A DNA stretch of 64,000 nt from Chiloscyllium plagiosum (Eukaryota): contig NC_057753.1 of assembly GCF_004010195.1 (NCBI RefSeq), positions 7,560,130-7,624,129 of the forward strand, read 5' to 3'. Shown here piece after piece: positions 27,192 through 39,699 of this stretch (position 1 is its first letter; the number at the start of each line of letters is the position of its first letter). The notes under the pieces are model-generated. The model made no database searches. It was not told where the DNA came from and saw nothing but the letters and a program-made list of their open reading frames with translations. The position numbers and the translations under genes were made by a program.

Positions 27192-27887
27192 TGTTATGAA
27201 AATGTGGGTGAGCCGTACATTTGAAGAGAATTAAAAACTACCAGTGACAGCATCAAGTGTTCTTAATAAGACAAAAAGCAACACGTGCTCCAGCTACTGG
27301 AGTAGCTGTGTGCGTGGGAACGATAATAAAAAAACAATCAGATTCAAATACAGCCAAACAGTTTAAATTATATCTCAAAACATACGAAACTCCAATCAAG
27401 TCTGGATTGAGTAAATTGACAATCTTAAAAGCGTTGCTCTAGGTTATAAGACGAGGAAACAATTGAACACTTGGGAGGAGAACTGCCAAGTCCAGCATGG
27501 AAACGGGTTGCTTGTAAAATAGCTGTCATAAAAAGGTACCTTTTCGATCAGTAACCTGTGAAGCAGAAATTCGGAAGTAGAAGAAAACAAGATCGAACTA
27601 GAAGAACCTAAAGTTGGCTGCTTTTGAGAGAAGAAGGTTTAGTTTGTAAATCTTAATTGGGAGTTTCATCGGACGAGAATTATATAAGGGAATGTAAAAT
27701 ACAGATGAGAGTAAGGAATGGTAAACAGCTGTTAGTTAACCATTTTCTGTTATCCTTTACGAAATAAAGTTTTTATTTTTTACTTTAAATAGTTCTTGGA
27801 CACTCGAAATTTTTAATGTTACTGCACGGGATAAATCTTTTCTGTGTTAATGGTTTTAAGCAGGCGGGTTTACACCATTTCATAACA
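27192..27887 (+). repeat. 5' LTR of copy 2
   Basis: TGTTATGAAA...TTTCATAACA terminal inverted repeat; homologous to 17343-17985. Confidence 0.9.
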
Positions 27888-30457
27888 AGACCAGAATGGT
27901 GCTGGAAAAGCACAGCAGGTCAGGCAGCATCCGAGGAGCAGGAAAATCGTCGTTTTGGGCAGGAGTCCTTTACCAAGAATAGAAGCATGGTGCCTGCAGA
28001 GTGGAGAGATGAATTAGTGGGGCGTGGGCGTGGTGATAAAGTAGCATAGAGTAGCATAGGTAAGTAGGGATGGGGATGGAGGTGATAGGTCACAAAGGAT
28101 TGTGGAGTGGCAGAGGAGATGACCTGGGGGTTGCAGTGAGAGAGAGATTCACTGAGATTCTTGTAGAGAGAGGAGGAAAACTTCTTCAAGGCAGGCATCC
28201 TTGCAAGAGGATTCGGGTTAAAATCAACTAGGTAAAAACAAGAAGCACACTAACCGAGACTCTGATCTCCGGCATCTGCAGTCCTCACTTTCATCTAGTT
28301 CATTTTAACCTTATTGTGAAAACTCTTGCAAGGATGCCTACCCTGAAGAAATTATCCTCCTCTCTCTGGAAAGATCTCAGAAAGTCTCCCTCACTCTCTC
28401 TCTCACTGCAACTCCCAAGTCGTCTCCTCTCCACTGAAACACGTCTGCTCCTCAATCATGTTCTGAAATGGACTGACTACCACAGCCACATCTGCTTCCT
28501 CAGTGCTTGCCTCTGGAACTAACTGATCCCACATGGACTCTGGACTACATTCACACCAGCACTCTTCGAATCTGAACAGGACACCCAGTGCAGACTACAA
28601 ATTCAAAAACACTAGCAACAGTTCTCCTTCAGGATTCTCCACTCCACACTCACAGTCATGCACCACCACCTAACCTCTCTACAGTCAGCTATGCCTAAAC
28701 TGAGGCCATACTCTCACATAACTGCAAAGGACTATTTCTGTACTATATCCTAAGAAGAATTCATACTCTCCAAAAACAACATTTCTACACCACCTCAAAC
28801 ATCAAAAGCTATAAGTACAACTAACTATTATATACCCACCTCCATAACCAGCGTTCCTCAAACATTCCAGAAGCTTTCCCCGGCCTCCGGAACTGCTCAA
28901 CTGCCATTAGCCTCGAGACCGGTACAGGCACCATGCCTATGGCGATCAATAACATCACTTCCCCCTCATCGTGGCCACTTCCACAGCCACTTCTGCCCTG
29001 AAAGATTTCACATGCACTACGTGTGATATCACTTTCGCCCCTCACGTCTTCGCTGACGTAATGTGTTACGCGACTTCTGCCCCCTACTGATATTATCGCC
29101 AGCACTTCCGCCTCCAAATGACTCCACCCCCATTCCCACAACCAAACTCCCAGTCAACTTACAGGCTCCGCCCACACTCCCAGTTCCATACCATGTCCTA
29201 GATGCGAGCCTTGCCGAGTTTTCACCATCTCCCCAGACCTCCCCCACACCGAGGACTAACGATCAGTCCTCAGCAAACGACTTACATTTATCCCCCTCCA
29301 TCCATGCATCAACTATTTCATTACGCTTTGTGATGTCGAGCACTTCTTCCGCCGTCTCCGTGCTTACCTTTTCAATCAGGACTCCTGCCCACCTTCCGAG
29401 GACCCCTGAACCCGCCTTCAACTCACTCCATCCACCTGGGCACACCGCGCTGGCCTATTACCCGCTCTCGATCTCTTCATTTCTAACTGCCGCTGAGACA
29501 TTAAATGCCTCAAAATGTCTACCCCACTCCCCAACTCCAACTTCTCATTCTCACAACACGCAGCCCTCCAGTCCCTCTGCTCCAACCCCAACCTCACCAT
29601 GAAACCAGCGGATAAAGTGTGTGCTGTGGTAGTTTGGCGCACTGACCTCTATATCGCTGAAGCCAGACGCCAACTCGAAGACTCCTCCTCCTTTCACCCC
29701 CTCGACCAGGACCTCACCCCCATCACCAAGCCATCATCTTCCAGACCATACCACAACCTCAGTAACTCAGGAGATCACCCACCCACAGCTTCCAACCTCA
29801 GTTCGGGAGCCGCACACCACCCAATTTTACCTCGCTCCGAAGATTGACAAGCTTGACCACCCCGGCCGACGTATTGTTTCAGCCTGCTCCTGCCCCACCA
29901 AACACATCTCCACCTATCTAGATACTGGCCTACACCCTTTTCCAGGAACTCCCACATACGTCCAAGACACCACCCACGCCTTGCATCTCCTCAAAGATCT
30001 CCGTTTCCCTGGCGCCCAAAGCCTCATTTTCACCATGGACACCCGATCCCTCTACACCTCCATCCGCCATGACCAGTGCCTCCAAGCCCTCTGTTTCTTT
30101 CACTACTGACATCCCCACCAGTACCCTTCCACTGACAATCTCATTCCTTTGGCTAAACTGGTCCTCACTCTTAATAATTTCTCCTTCGTATCTTCCCACT
30201 TCCTCCAGGTGAAAGGGGTAGCTATGGGCACTCGCATGGGCCCCAGTTATGCCTGTCTCTTTGTTGGCTACGTAGAACAGTCCATCTTCCGTAGTTACAC
30301 CGGCACCACTCCCCATTTCGTCCTCCGCTTTCCTGAAGAAGGGCTCCTGCCTGAATTGCCGATTTTCCTGCTTGTCGAATGCTGCCTGACCTACACTGCT
30401 TTTCCAGCACCACTCTAATCTTGACACTGATCTCCAGCATCTGCAATCTCACCTTTG
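27888..30457 (+). mobile_element. PLE with inverted 5' segments, inserted at the LTR/PBS junction
   Basis: RT motifs MKPADK and QVKGVAMGTRMGPSYACLFVG. 28100-28240 is the reverse complement of 28290-28435. Terminal repeats occur at both ends in opposite orientation. Confidence 0.88.
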
Positions 30458-30474
30458 CCCATGTTATACCAGTT

Positions 30475-30498
30475 TAGTGGCTCGTCCGTGATCTGAAC
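30475..30498 (+). promoter_or_regulatory. Primer-binding site, tRNA-Pro-like
   Basis: TAGTGGCTCGTCCGTGATCTGAAC versus the tRNA-Pro 3'-end complement TGGGGGCTCGTCCGGGATTTGAAC; lies just upstream of gag. Confidence 0.75.
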
Positions 30499-33400
30499 TG
30501 GTCTCAACTTTTTTCCATAGATTTGGAGGTATGAAAAATCACAACAGATTTAAACACTTGCAGGTTAGTGTCCTTGATCCTTCAATAAAATGGAGGTGAG
30601 GCAATGTGTTTAATGTCGTTGACGTGTGTTTTATTAAATTAAAAGTTAGTGAAATGGCTCTTAAAATTGCGAAAGAGATTCTGGGATTTGAAGATAATTC
30701 ACAAATTTGCCAAGAACGTTTTAAAGAAAAGAAAAATGCCATACATTTAGAATTACCAAACAAGTCTGATTTGAGTTTCCCCATGGACAGAAGTAAAGCT
30801 GAAATAATAAAGGGTTTACTCAAACACTTAGGTGGGTCAGAGAAACAGAAAAGTACAGTAGAGGGAGATAAATCTAAATTACAATTGAGTAGAATGGAGT
30901 TAGATAGTGAACAAAGAGCAAGAGGGAGATAAGTAAGCGAAAAAGCGAGAGAGGGATGTGAAAGAGAGGGAGAAAGAAAGAGAGAGAAAAGATAGAGGAA
31001 CCAAGAGAGAATTTGAACTTGAGAAGTTGCGACTTAGGCAGCAAAGCTATGTTAACAGGATGGAGATTAACAGGGAAGGCAGTGATGTATACAAATAAAA
31101 AAACCTCTGCCACATTTTGGAGAAAAAGATGGTGAAACCTTCTTTATTTTATTTGAAAAATTGGCTTGGCAGTTGGGTTGTTCCGGACATGCATAGGTAA
31201 CGCTAGTTCAGACTAAACTGGTAACCAGAGATAATGAGATATTTGCCGCACTGTCAGATGAGGTGTCAAGAGATTATGAAGAGATTAAACAGGCTATTTT
31301 AAGTGCTTATGAATTAATACCAGAATCATGTACATAGCGGTTCAGAAACATAAAGAAGGAACCCAATCAGACTTATGTTGAGTTCGAAAGAATTAAACAT
31401 TGTCATTTTGATAGATGGGTGCGTGTTTTGAAAATAGGTAGGACATCTGAGGCTCTAAGAGAGATTATTCAGCTGGAGGACTTTAACAACTCAGTTCCAG
31501 AGATGGTAAGAATTCACGTGGAGGAATAGAAAATTCGGGAGGTGAGAAGGTCAGCAAAATTAACAGATGAGTACATGTGGGTGCATAAGACAAGTCTCCG
31601 CCAGAATTTCGTCCATGTGAGGAATAGAAGTTGGGAGGAGGGGAGATCCTACACTGCGAAATAAAGAGCCGAGAGCACTGGTAAGAGTTTATCACAGTTT
31701 AAAGAAGTTACCGTGGTGGACAGGAGCTGAAAGGCCTCAGTTGTTCTGACTGTAATGGAGTGGGACACAGAAAATTACAGTGCCAGTGGTTTCATAAGGG
31801 TTCTGGGAAAATGTATTTTCAGTACCAGAAAGTGGGACACGTGAAGTCTCAGTGCTGGTCGTTAAAGAAAGGCGCTGTGGGAAAATATGTGGTTAAAGAA
31901 GCTAAGCTAGTGACATTAGTGAAGGTAAAAAATGAGACTCCAAGAAGAGCCGAGGAGCTGCAGGAGAGCGCACAGCCGAGGAAGGTGCTGGGTATGGAGT
32001 TAGTCCCTGATCTCTGTAAAGAATTCACCTCCGTGGGTAAAATGTACTCAGAAAGTACTGCCGGAGAGGGACAAGAAGGTATAATTTTTACAGACACGTG
32101 ATCTACACAATCGCTTAGAGTGAGGGATGAGTGAATATGCACTCTTTTTGATCTGCGACCCGTGAGTGTGGTAATTTGCGGGATAGAAGGTCAGAAATAT
32201 AGCGTTCTCCTATTTAAGATCAGATTGGAGTGCCAACAAAAGACTGGGGAAGGAACAGTGGCAGTGATTGACAGAGTGTTAGTTCCAGGGTCCAAAGTGG
32301 GATCGTATGCCCCCTGTTGTGGAGAAGCCCAAGAAACGGAGGTGTTGAAACAGAGATATCCAGATATTTTCCCAGATTTTGTGGAAACCAGATTCCACTG
32401 TCATAAGTCACAGCATGAAGCAAATAGTAAAGAGAAAGATGAAGGAGTTTTTTTTTTCAGTTAGCGGATACCCTATTGATGGAATAGTGCTGTGAAAGAC
32501 TGAACAGGCAGAGTATCAGACAGAAGTGTTGAGCCTTGAAAGGCTCAGAGATTTGCAACAGCAAGACAAGACAATGAAAGATATAATTGCGGATGCGTAC
32601 TCTGAAAAGGAAGCAGAAAATACTCCAAAGGATTATTACATGAAAGATGCAATCCTTAGACGCAAATGTACACCACAACAGGTTAGTGCAAAGGAGAATT
32701 CGGCCGAAGTTCACCAGATTGTGTTGCCGGTAGAATATGGACTGGGGTGTTACGGGTAGCAGATGAACTACAGGCAGGTGGTCACCTAGGGGTATGACAG
32801 ACTCAAACTAATGTGCAAATACATTTTTATTGGCCTAGAATGCACAAGGATGTGGTTAACGTTTGCTGTACGTGTCAGACATGCCAAATGGTAGGTAAGA
32901 CACAGGCGGTAATAAAACCAGCACCCTTGTTGCCTATTCCCACATTTGAAGAACGTTTCACGTGGGTTATAATTGATTGCTAGGTCCCCACCCGAGAACC
33001 AAAAGAGGGAACCAGGACCAGTTAACCATAATGGATGTGTCTAACAAATTTCCAGAGGCAATTCCAACACGGAGTATCAAAACAAAAAATCTGGTAGAGG
33101 CGTTAGTAGCTTTCATCACACGGTATGGGCTACCCAGAGAGGTTCTGGCGGACTAACGGTCACATTTTACTGCTAGGATGTTAAAGGAGCTTATGGATAC
33201 CTTAGGTATACAGCACGTTAAATGCAGTGCGTATCATCCTGAATACCAAAGAGCTTTAGTAGGGTGGCATGGGACCTTGAAGTCCATGTTGAGAGCATAC
33301 CATCTCGATTACCCGAATGATTGGGATAAAGGCATCCCATTCCTATTGTTTGCCATTAGAAATGCCCCAAATGAATCTACTCAGTTTTCTCCCTTTGAGT

Positions 33401-36400
33401 TAATATTTGATCATGAAGTGGGAGGCCCTTTGAAATTAGTTGAAGAAGAATTGACAAGACCAAATTCGGAGATCTCACACTTTAGATTATGTATCAGAGT
33501 TGATGGAGAGATTAAACCGAGTAGGTGAGTTAGCCAAACAGCACCTAAACAGGGAACATTATAGAATGAAACTGGTGGCACGTAAAAGCTCTGAGATTCG
33601 GACGTTTTCCCGAGGGGATAACGTGTTAGTATTATCGCCAGTGGAAGGAGATCCCTTCAAAGGTAGGTTTGCTGGTTCCGATCAAATTGAGAAAAAGTTT
33701 AGTCAGGTGAACTATTTAGTAAAGATGCCAGATAGAAAGAAAATGTATTGAGTATGTCATGTGAACATGTTGAAACCTTATTACACTAGAGAGAAAGAAC
33801 TGGAGAAACAGTTGTTTGTTACTGCCCCGCAGAGTGAGGAATCAAATCCAGACTAGTTGGTTTTTGTGGTGCCTCAAAATAGGTTAAAATAAAGAAGTAC
33901 TGAGGAGTCGGACAGGTTAGTAAGCTGTCTGTCTCAGGAATATATAATGGAGCTGAAAGATTTTTTACTGCAGTACAAGGACATACATGTAAGAATTAGA
34001 TGAGGCAGACTTATGATATTTTCCATGAAGTAGGAGTTGGGAACTCTGATCCGATAAAACAACACCCCGATTGGCTCAATCCTTTCGAAACCAGACAGGC
34101 CGAGAAGGAGCTGGAGGCCATGCTCAACGAGTACCTCATTAAATCAAGACAGAGTGAGTGGAGTTCGCCGATCATGTAAATTCCCAAACCGGACTGAACT
34201 CAAATATTCTGCGTGGATTATTGGAGGTCAAAGCCGTTACAAAATCGGCCTCATATCCAATTCCTAAATTGGAGGACTGTATTGAGACAGTCGGACAAAT
34301 CAGTTACATCACCAAATTGGAATTAATGCGTGGTTCCTGGCCAATACGTTTATCCGTGTCGTGAAAGAAAATGCTGCGTTTGTAACTACAAATGGGCTAT
34401 ATCAGTTTAAAGTGATGCCCTTTGGAATGAAGACCACACCCACAACATTCTAAAGACTCATGTAAAGAGTTTTGTCTGGGTTACCAAACTGTGCCGTCTA
34501 TTTGGACGATGTAGTGATCTTTAGTAAGTCCTAAAAGATCACACGGTACAATTGGCAGAGCTCTTTGAACGACTGTAAACTTTAAAATGGAATTCACTAA
34601 AGCAGACGCCTCGTTCTTGGTACATAATATTGGTTATGGAAGGTTGACGCCACAGACGCAAAGACGAAGGCCATCGAGGAATTTCCACGAACAACCTCGA
34701 AGAAGGAGGTGCTTCGATTATTAGGACTCAGCTGATTCTATCGGAAGTTTTATTCCAGACTTCAGTAGCATAGTGTCACGATCGACAGATTTGCTGAAGA
34801 ACAGGACGATGCCAGGAGGTATTTGACCATTTGAAATCCATATGAACCACCAAAACAGGTTTTGCGACACCAATCGTTTCAAAATCTTTTTTAAAGTTGC
34901 CATTGATGCTCATGATACTGGAGTTGGAGATGTACACCTACCAGAAGACGATGATGGGATTGAACTGCCAGATGGTTTTCTTTCAAAAAAGATGAACTTC
35001 CACGAGAGGAAATACCTCGCAATCGAAACGGAACTATTGAGTTTGGTACTGGCCTTACAGCATTTTAATGTGTATGTCACGTAAAATGTGTTGGAGATAG
35101 TTGTGTAAACTGACCACAATTCTTAGAACGCTTTTAGATAAGAATATGAATCTATTTCATTGGTGTCTAATGTTGCAGATTTTTAATTTAAATATCATAC
35201 ATGTTGCGGGTCAGTAGACGGATGTGTTGTCGCATTTCAAACTGATAGAATTTCGATGAAATTTATATTTAATGCGATATAGCTCTGGGTATATGGGAAG
35301 ACGTATAGGTGACATCCTCAGAGCTTGGGAGCCTCCTGTGAAGCGCTTCTGTGGTGTTTCCTCCGGCATTTATAGTGGCCTGTCCCTGCCGCTTCCGGTT
35401 GTCAGTTTCAGCTGTCCGCTGTAGTGGTCGGTATATTGGGTCCAGGTCAAAAACGGCACTAAAAGAAAAAATGGCCAAACTAACACACAACAAAGAGGAC
35501 ACCACAACACACACCTGGGTTAAAAACCTCTCCCACAGACAGCTCACAGACACGGAAAGAACAATACTGGCCAAGGGACTCAACTACAACCATAGGGACG
35601 CCAAGACAGCAGACTTCCTAGCAGCACTAGAATGCACACTCAGGAACAATGGACTGACAGAAGAGGCACAACAAACAGTGAGACAAAGTATCGTACCCCT
35701 GATAACAAGGAAAAGACAAACACGGAGAGGGAAGCACTAAACTCACTAAGAAACGATAAGAACATAATCCCACTACCAGCAGACAAAGGCAGAATGACGG
35801 TCATCCTGGACAAAGCAGAGTACACCCAAAAAGCACAACAACTACTTGCAGATACCAACACCTACCAAAAGAGGGAGTTTGACCCCACCCCACAGCTCAC
35901 CAATATGATAAACAACACACTGAGGAACCTACAAAAAAACGGAAAGATAACCAGGTCTGACCTACAAAGAATGAAACCTGAAAGCAACAACACCCCCAGA
36001 TTCTATGGACTACCTAAAGTGCACAAACCAGACATCACACTCAGACCCATAGTATCACTACCAGGGACACCATCACACAGACTGGCTAAAGAACTACAGC
36101 AGAAACTGAAACACCTGATCAGCGGATCCAGACACTCTGTACAATCAACACAGGAATTCTTGGACATCATCAGAAATATACACATAGACAAGGAAGAAAC
36201 CATGGTCTCATTCGACGTAACGACACTGTTCACCTCTATTGACAAAGCCCTAGCCAGAGAAACAATAGCCAACCTGCTGAACAGACATAACAGACAACAA
36301 GACGGGGAACCTATCAACAAAGACTGCATACTCAAACTACCGGACCTGTGCCTCACAACACACTTCACATTCAACAAACAGGTATACGAACAAATCAACG

Positions 36401-36446
36401 GAACACCCATGGGCTCACCGATCTCGGGACTCACAGCAGAAGCAGT

Positions 36447-37085
36447 NNNNNNNNNNNNNNNNNNNNNNNNNNNNNNNNNNNNNNNNNNNNNNNNNNNNNN
36501 NNNNNNNNNNNNNNNNNNNNNNNNNNNNNNNNNNNNNNNNNNNNNNNNNNNNNNNNNNNNNNNNNNNNNNNNNNNNNNNNNNNNNNNNNNNNNNNNNNNN
36601 NNNNNNNNNNNNNNNNNNNNNNNNNNNNNNNNNNNNNNNNNNNNNNNNNNNNNNNNNNNNNNNNNNNNNNNNNNNNNNNNNNNNNNNNNNNNNNNNNNNN
36701 NNNNNNNNNNNNNNNNNNNNNNNNNNNNNNNNNNNNNNNNNNNNNNNNNNNNNNNNNNNNNNNNNNNNNNNNNNNNNNNNNNNNNNNNNNNNNNNNNNNN
36801 NNNNNNNNNNNNNNNNNNNNNNNNNNNNNNNNNNNNNNNNNNNNNNNNNNNNNNNNNNNNNNNNNNNNNNNNNNNNNNNNNNNNNNNNNNNNNNNNNNNN
36901 NNNNNNNNNNNNNNNNNNNNNNNNNNNNNNNNNNNNNNNNNNNNNNNNNNNNNNNNNNNNNNNNNNNNNNNNNNNNNNNNNNNNNNNNNNNNNNNNNNNN
37001 NNNNNNNNNNNNNNNNNNNNNNNNNNNNNNNNNNNNNNNNNNNNNNNNNNNNNNNNNNNNNNNNNNNNNNNNNNNNNNNNNNNNN
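36447..37085. other. Assembly gap
   Basis: Run of N. Confidence 1.
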
Positions 37086-37238
37086 TTGTTCCCATTGAAC
37101 GAAATCATGACTCAAAGTTTGTGAGAAGGTACCGGCCACTACAGGGGACAGCTGAAACTGACAACCGGAAGTGGCAGGGACAGGCCACTATAAATGCCGG
37201 AGGAAACACCACAGAAGCGCTTCACAGGAGGCCCCCAA

Positions 37239-37278
37239 GCACTGAGGATGTCACCTAGACAGGGGACGAAACGTTTGC
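37239..37278 (+). ncRNA. Minimal type-I hammerhead ribozyme motif
   Basis: gca CTGAGGA T GTCACCT agac AGGGGAC GAAA CG TT tgc: 3-bp stem I, stem II 6/7 paired, palindromic ACGT in place of stem III. Confidence 0.75.
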
Positions 37279-37639
37279 AACAAAAACTTCCAGCTCGGCG
37301 AACAGAACCACAGCAACGAGCACCCGAACTACAAATCTTCTCACAAACTTTGGAAGCTAAGTTCGAAAATAAGTTCGAGTAAGAACTTGTGAATAGGTCT
37401 GAGTTAATTATCCTCTGTTTAACTGCTGGTTTAAAATCAAGCAGGAGAGCTTACCCGTGTCTTAACAGTTTCACATTATAAACACTCAAGTAGTCAAGGT
37501 TCAAATTGGACATGTATATGTAGAAGCACATACATTGGGTTCAGACCTCAATTAATATTTCTCTCCTGTGTTAACAGTTTACAGTTTAGAAACAAAATGA
37601 AGAATTGAGAACTTGAGCGAGTTAAAGTTAATGTCTTGG

Positions 37640-39245
37640 CACCTGTCCAAATGGCAGTAGAGGAGGTATGGGACGTATCAGAATGTGTATACCTTTCCTG
37701 ATCCTAACCAAATATATCCAAAAACACTGCAAGTGGCTAGAGAAGAAATTGCAGGGATCCTTGCTAATTCTTTTTGCATCATTGTTAGCCACGGGTGAGG
37801 TCCCGGAAGACTGGAGACTAGCGAATGTTGTGTTTTTATTGAAGAAGGGCTGCAAAGGAAAACCTGGAAGCTAGAGATTAGTACGCCTAATATCTGTGGA
37901 TTATCAACTGCTTGAGAATATTTCACAGAGATAACATGTACATGCATTTGGAAACACAGGATTTTATTAGGAGCACTAAGCATGGTGTTGTGCGTGGATG
38001 AAATTTTTTAGAGTACTTTGATGAAGTGATCAGGAAAGTTCATGAGGACAGGGCGGTTGATGCAATCTGTGAGGTTTTCAGTGAGGCCTATGATAGAATT
38101 CCACGCGGTAGGCTGCTCTGGAAGGTGTGGTCGCATTTAATCCAGGATGAGCTGGCAATCTGGATACACAATTGGCTTGATGGTAGGAAACAGAGCGTAT
38201 TAGTGGAAGCATGTTGGTGGGGTTGGAGGCAGTGACTAGTGGAGTGTCTCAGGGGTCGTTGCTAGGCCCATTACTGTTCGTTATTGAATCAATGATTTCC
38301 TTGAGAACTTGCAAGAAATGGTTAATAAGTTTGCAAGTGACTCTAAGATAAATGATATGGTGGACAATGAGGAAAGCTATCAGAAATTATAGCAGGATAT
38401 TGGTTAGTTCGGCATGGGGTTCGAGAACGGCAAATGTAGTCTATTACAGATACGTGTGATGTCTTGCATGTAGCAAACTCAAATCAAGGTCCGAGTTTCA
38501 TGGGTGAATGGCACGGCCGTAAGTGCAGTAGCGGAGCAGAGGGACCTTGAGTTCACATGCACGGTTCTCTGAAAGTGGAATCACAGGTAGACAGGGCAGT
38601 GAAGAAGGTTTGTGGCACAGTGGCGTTCGTCAGTCAGTGCATGGAGTATCGACATTGGGAAGTTATGCTGCAGTTGCACAGAACATTGGTGAGACTGCAC
38701 TTGAGTAGGTGTTGAGATTTGGTCACCTTGCTGAAAGAAGGATGTCGAAACAGCACAGAGCAATTTACAAGGATGTTGCCAGGACTGAACGTTTCGAGTT
38801 TTAGGGAGAGTTTGGAAAAGCTGACACTTTTTTTTCTTTAAAGAGTTGGAGACTGAGGGTAGTCTTTTAGATTTGCAAAAAATCATGACAGGCACAATGA
38901 GGGTGAATGCACTCATTCTTTTTTTGCCAAGGATGGGGAATCACTGACTAGAGTGCATCAGTTCAATGCTATAAGGGGAAGAGTGAAAGGGAAGCTGAGC
39001 GGCAGCATTTTTACACAGAGCGTTGTACGAAAATGAAATGAGTTGCGATTTGAAGGTGTTGAGGGGGGTACATTAACAATATTTAAAAGGCTTTTGAACA
39101 TACACATGGCCAGGAACAGTTTAGAAGGATATGGGCTTCGTGAAGGAAAGAGGGTGAGTGGAGTTTGACATTTTGGTCGGCATTGACCAGTGTGGTCCAA
39201 AAGGCCTGCATTCGTGCTGACGGACTCTATGATCCCATGACACTA
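37640..39245 (+). mobile_element. Old CR1 LINE, RT region to 3' end
   Basis: GEVPEDWRLANV, RAVDAICEVFSEAYD, GVSQGSLLGP, FFTQSVV; many stops. Confidence 0.9.
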
Positions 39246-39699
39246 TCAACGACAATGACTATATGAACAGAGGACTGGACGAAAGAGTGGAGACGTGCGA
39301 GTCAATATCCTTTTGAGTGTTGTGTAGATTCACCAGAATGGTAATTGGAACGAGGGGATTCAACGTTGAGGGAAAAAAAAAAATGACACAACGCCAGGAA
39401 TGTACTCCTGGAAGAACAGAGGCAATGGTAGTTTTGGAGACAATAACAGAAACCATTCTGATAAATAATTATGCTTTTTTGCTGATTCTGGATCTCGGAC
39501 TCTGATCATCGTCCAAAAATCTGTCAGTGATCTGAATCTTTTTCAACATTAAAATGAAGGAAAAAGGCCGAATTTTTCTCTACATCTGAGAATACCAGGT
39601 ATGCATTGCAGAATGTATCCCTAAAGACCATTACGAAGTAGATGAGATTTTCCAACAATCTTGGAATTATAATAATTGCGGAATGATTGCTTTTGAAAT

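Larger units (their letters stand above)
35306..37351 (+). mobile_element. Relatively young PLE (RT ORF with one frameshift), spanning an assembly gap
   Basis: LAKGLNY, PADKG, PRFYGLPKVHK, RPIVS, SFDVTTLFT, GTPMGSPISG. 35306-35433 is an inverted copy of 37130-37257. Confidence 0.93.
27192..37467 (+). mobile_element. Gmr1-like Gypsy LTR retrotransposon, copy 2 (decayed, two PLE insertions)
   Basis: 5' LTR 27192-27887. PBS 30475-30498. gag ATG 30654 (MALKIAKEILGFE). Knuckles 31740-31860. Integrase 32760-33790 (SAYHPEYQRAL). RT 34050-34800 (KVMPFG, YLDDVVIFS). RNase H FKVAIDAHD at ~34890. 3' LTR remnants ~35271-35305 and ~37351-37467. Confidence 0.9.

Noticed and set aside
29063..29602. 179-aa Pro/Ser/Thr-rich ORF as a mucin-like gene
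   Set aside because: It lies within the PLE body and reflects its C-rich N-terminal region read across frameshifts.
36003..37139. Long ORFs in several frames
   Set aside because: Artefacts of the N run; only the PLE RT frame before the gap is real.
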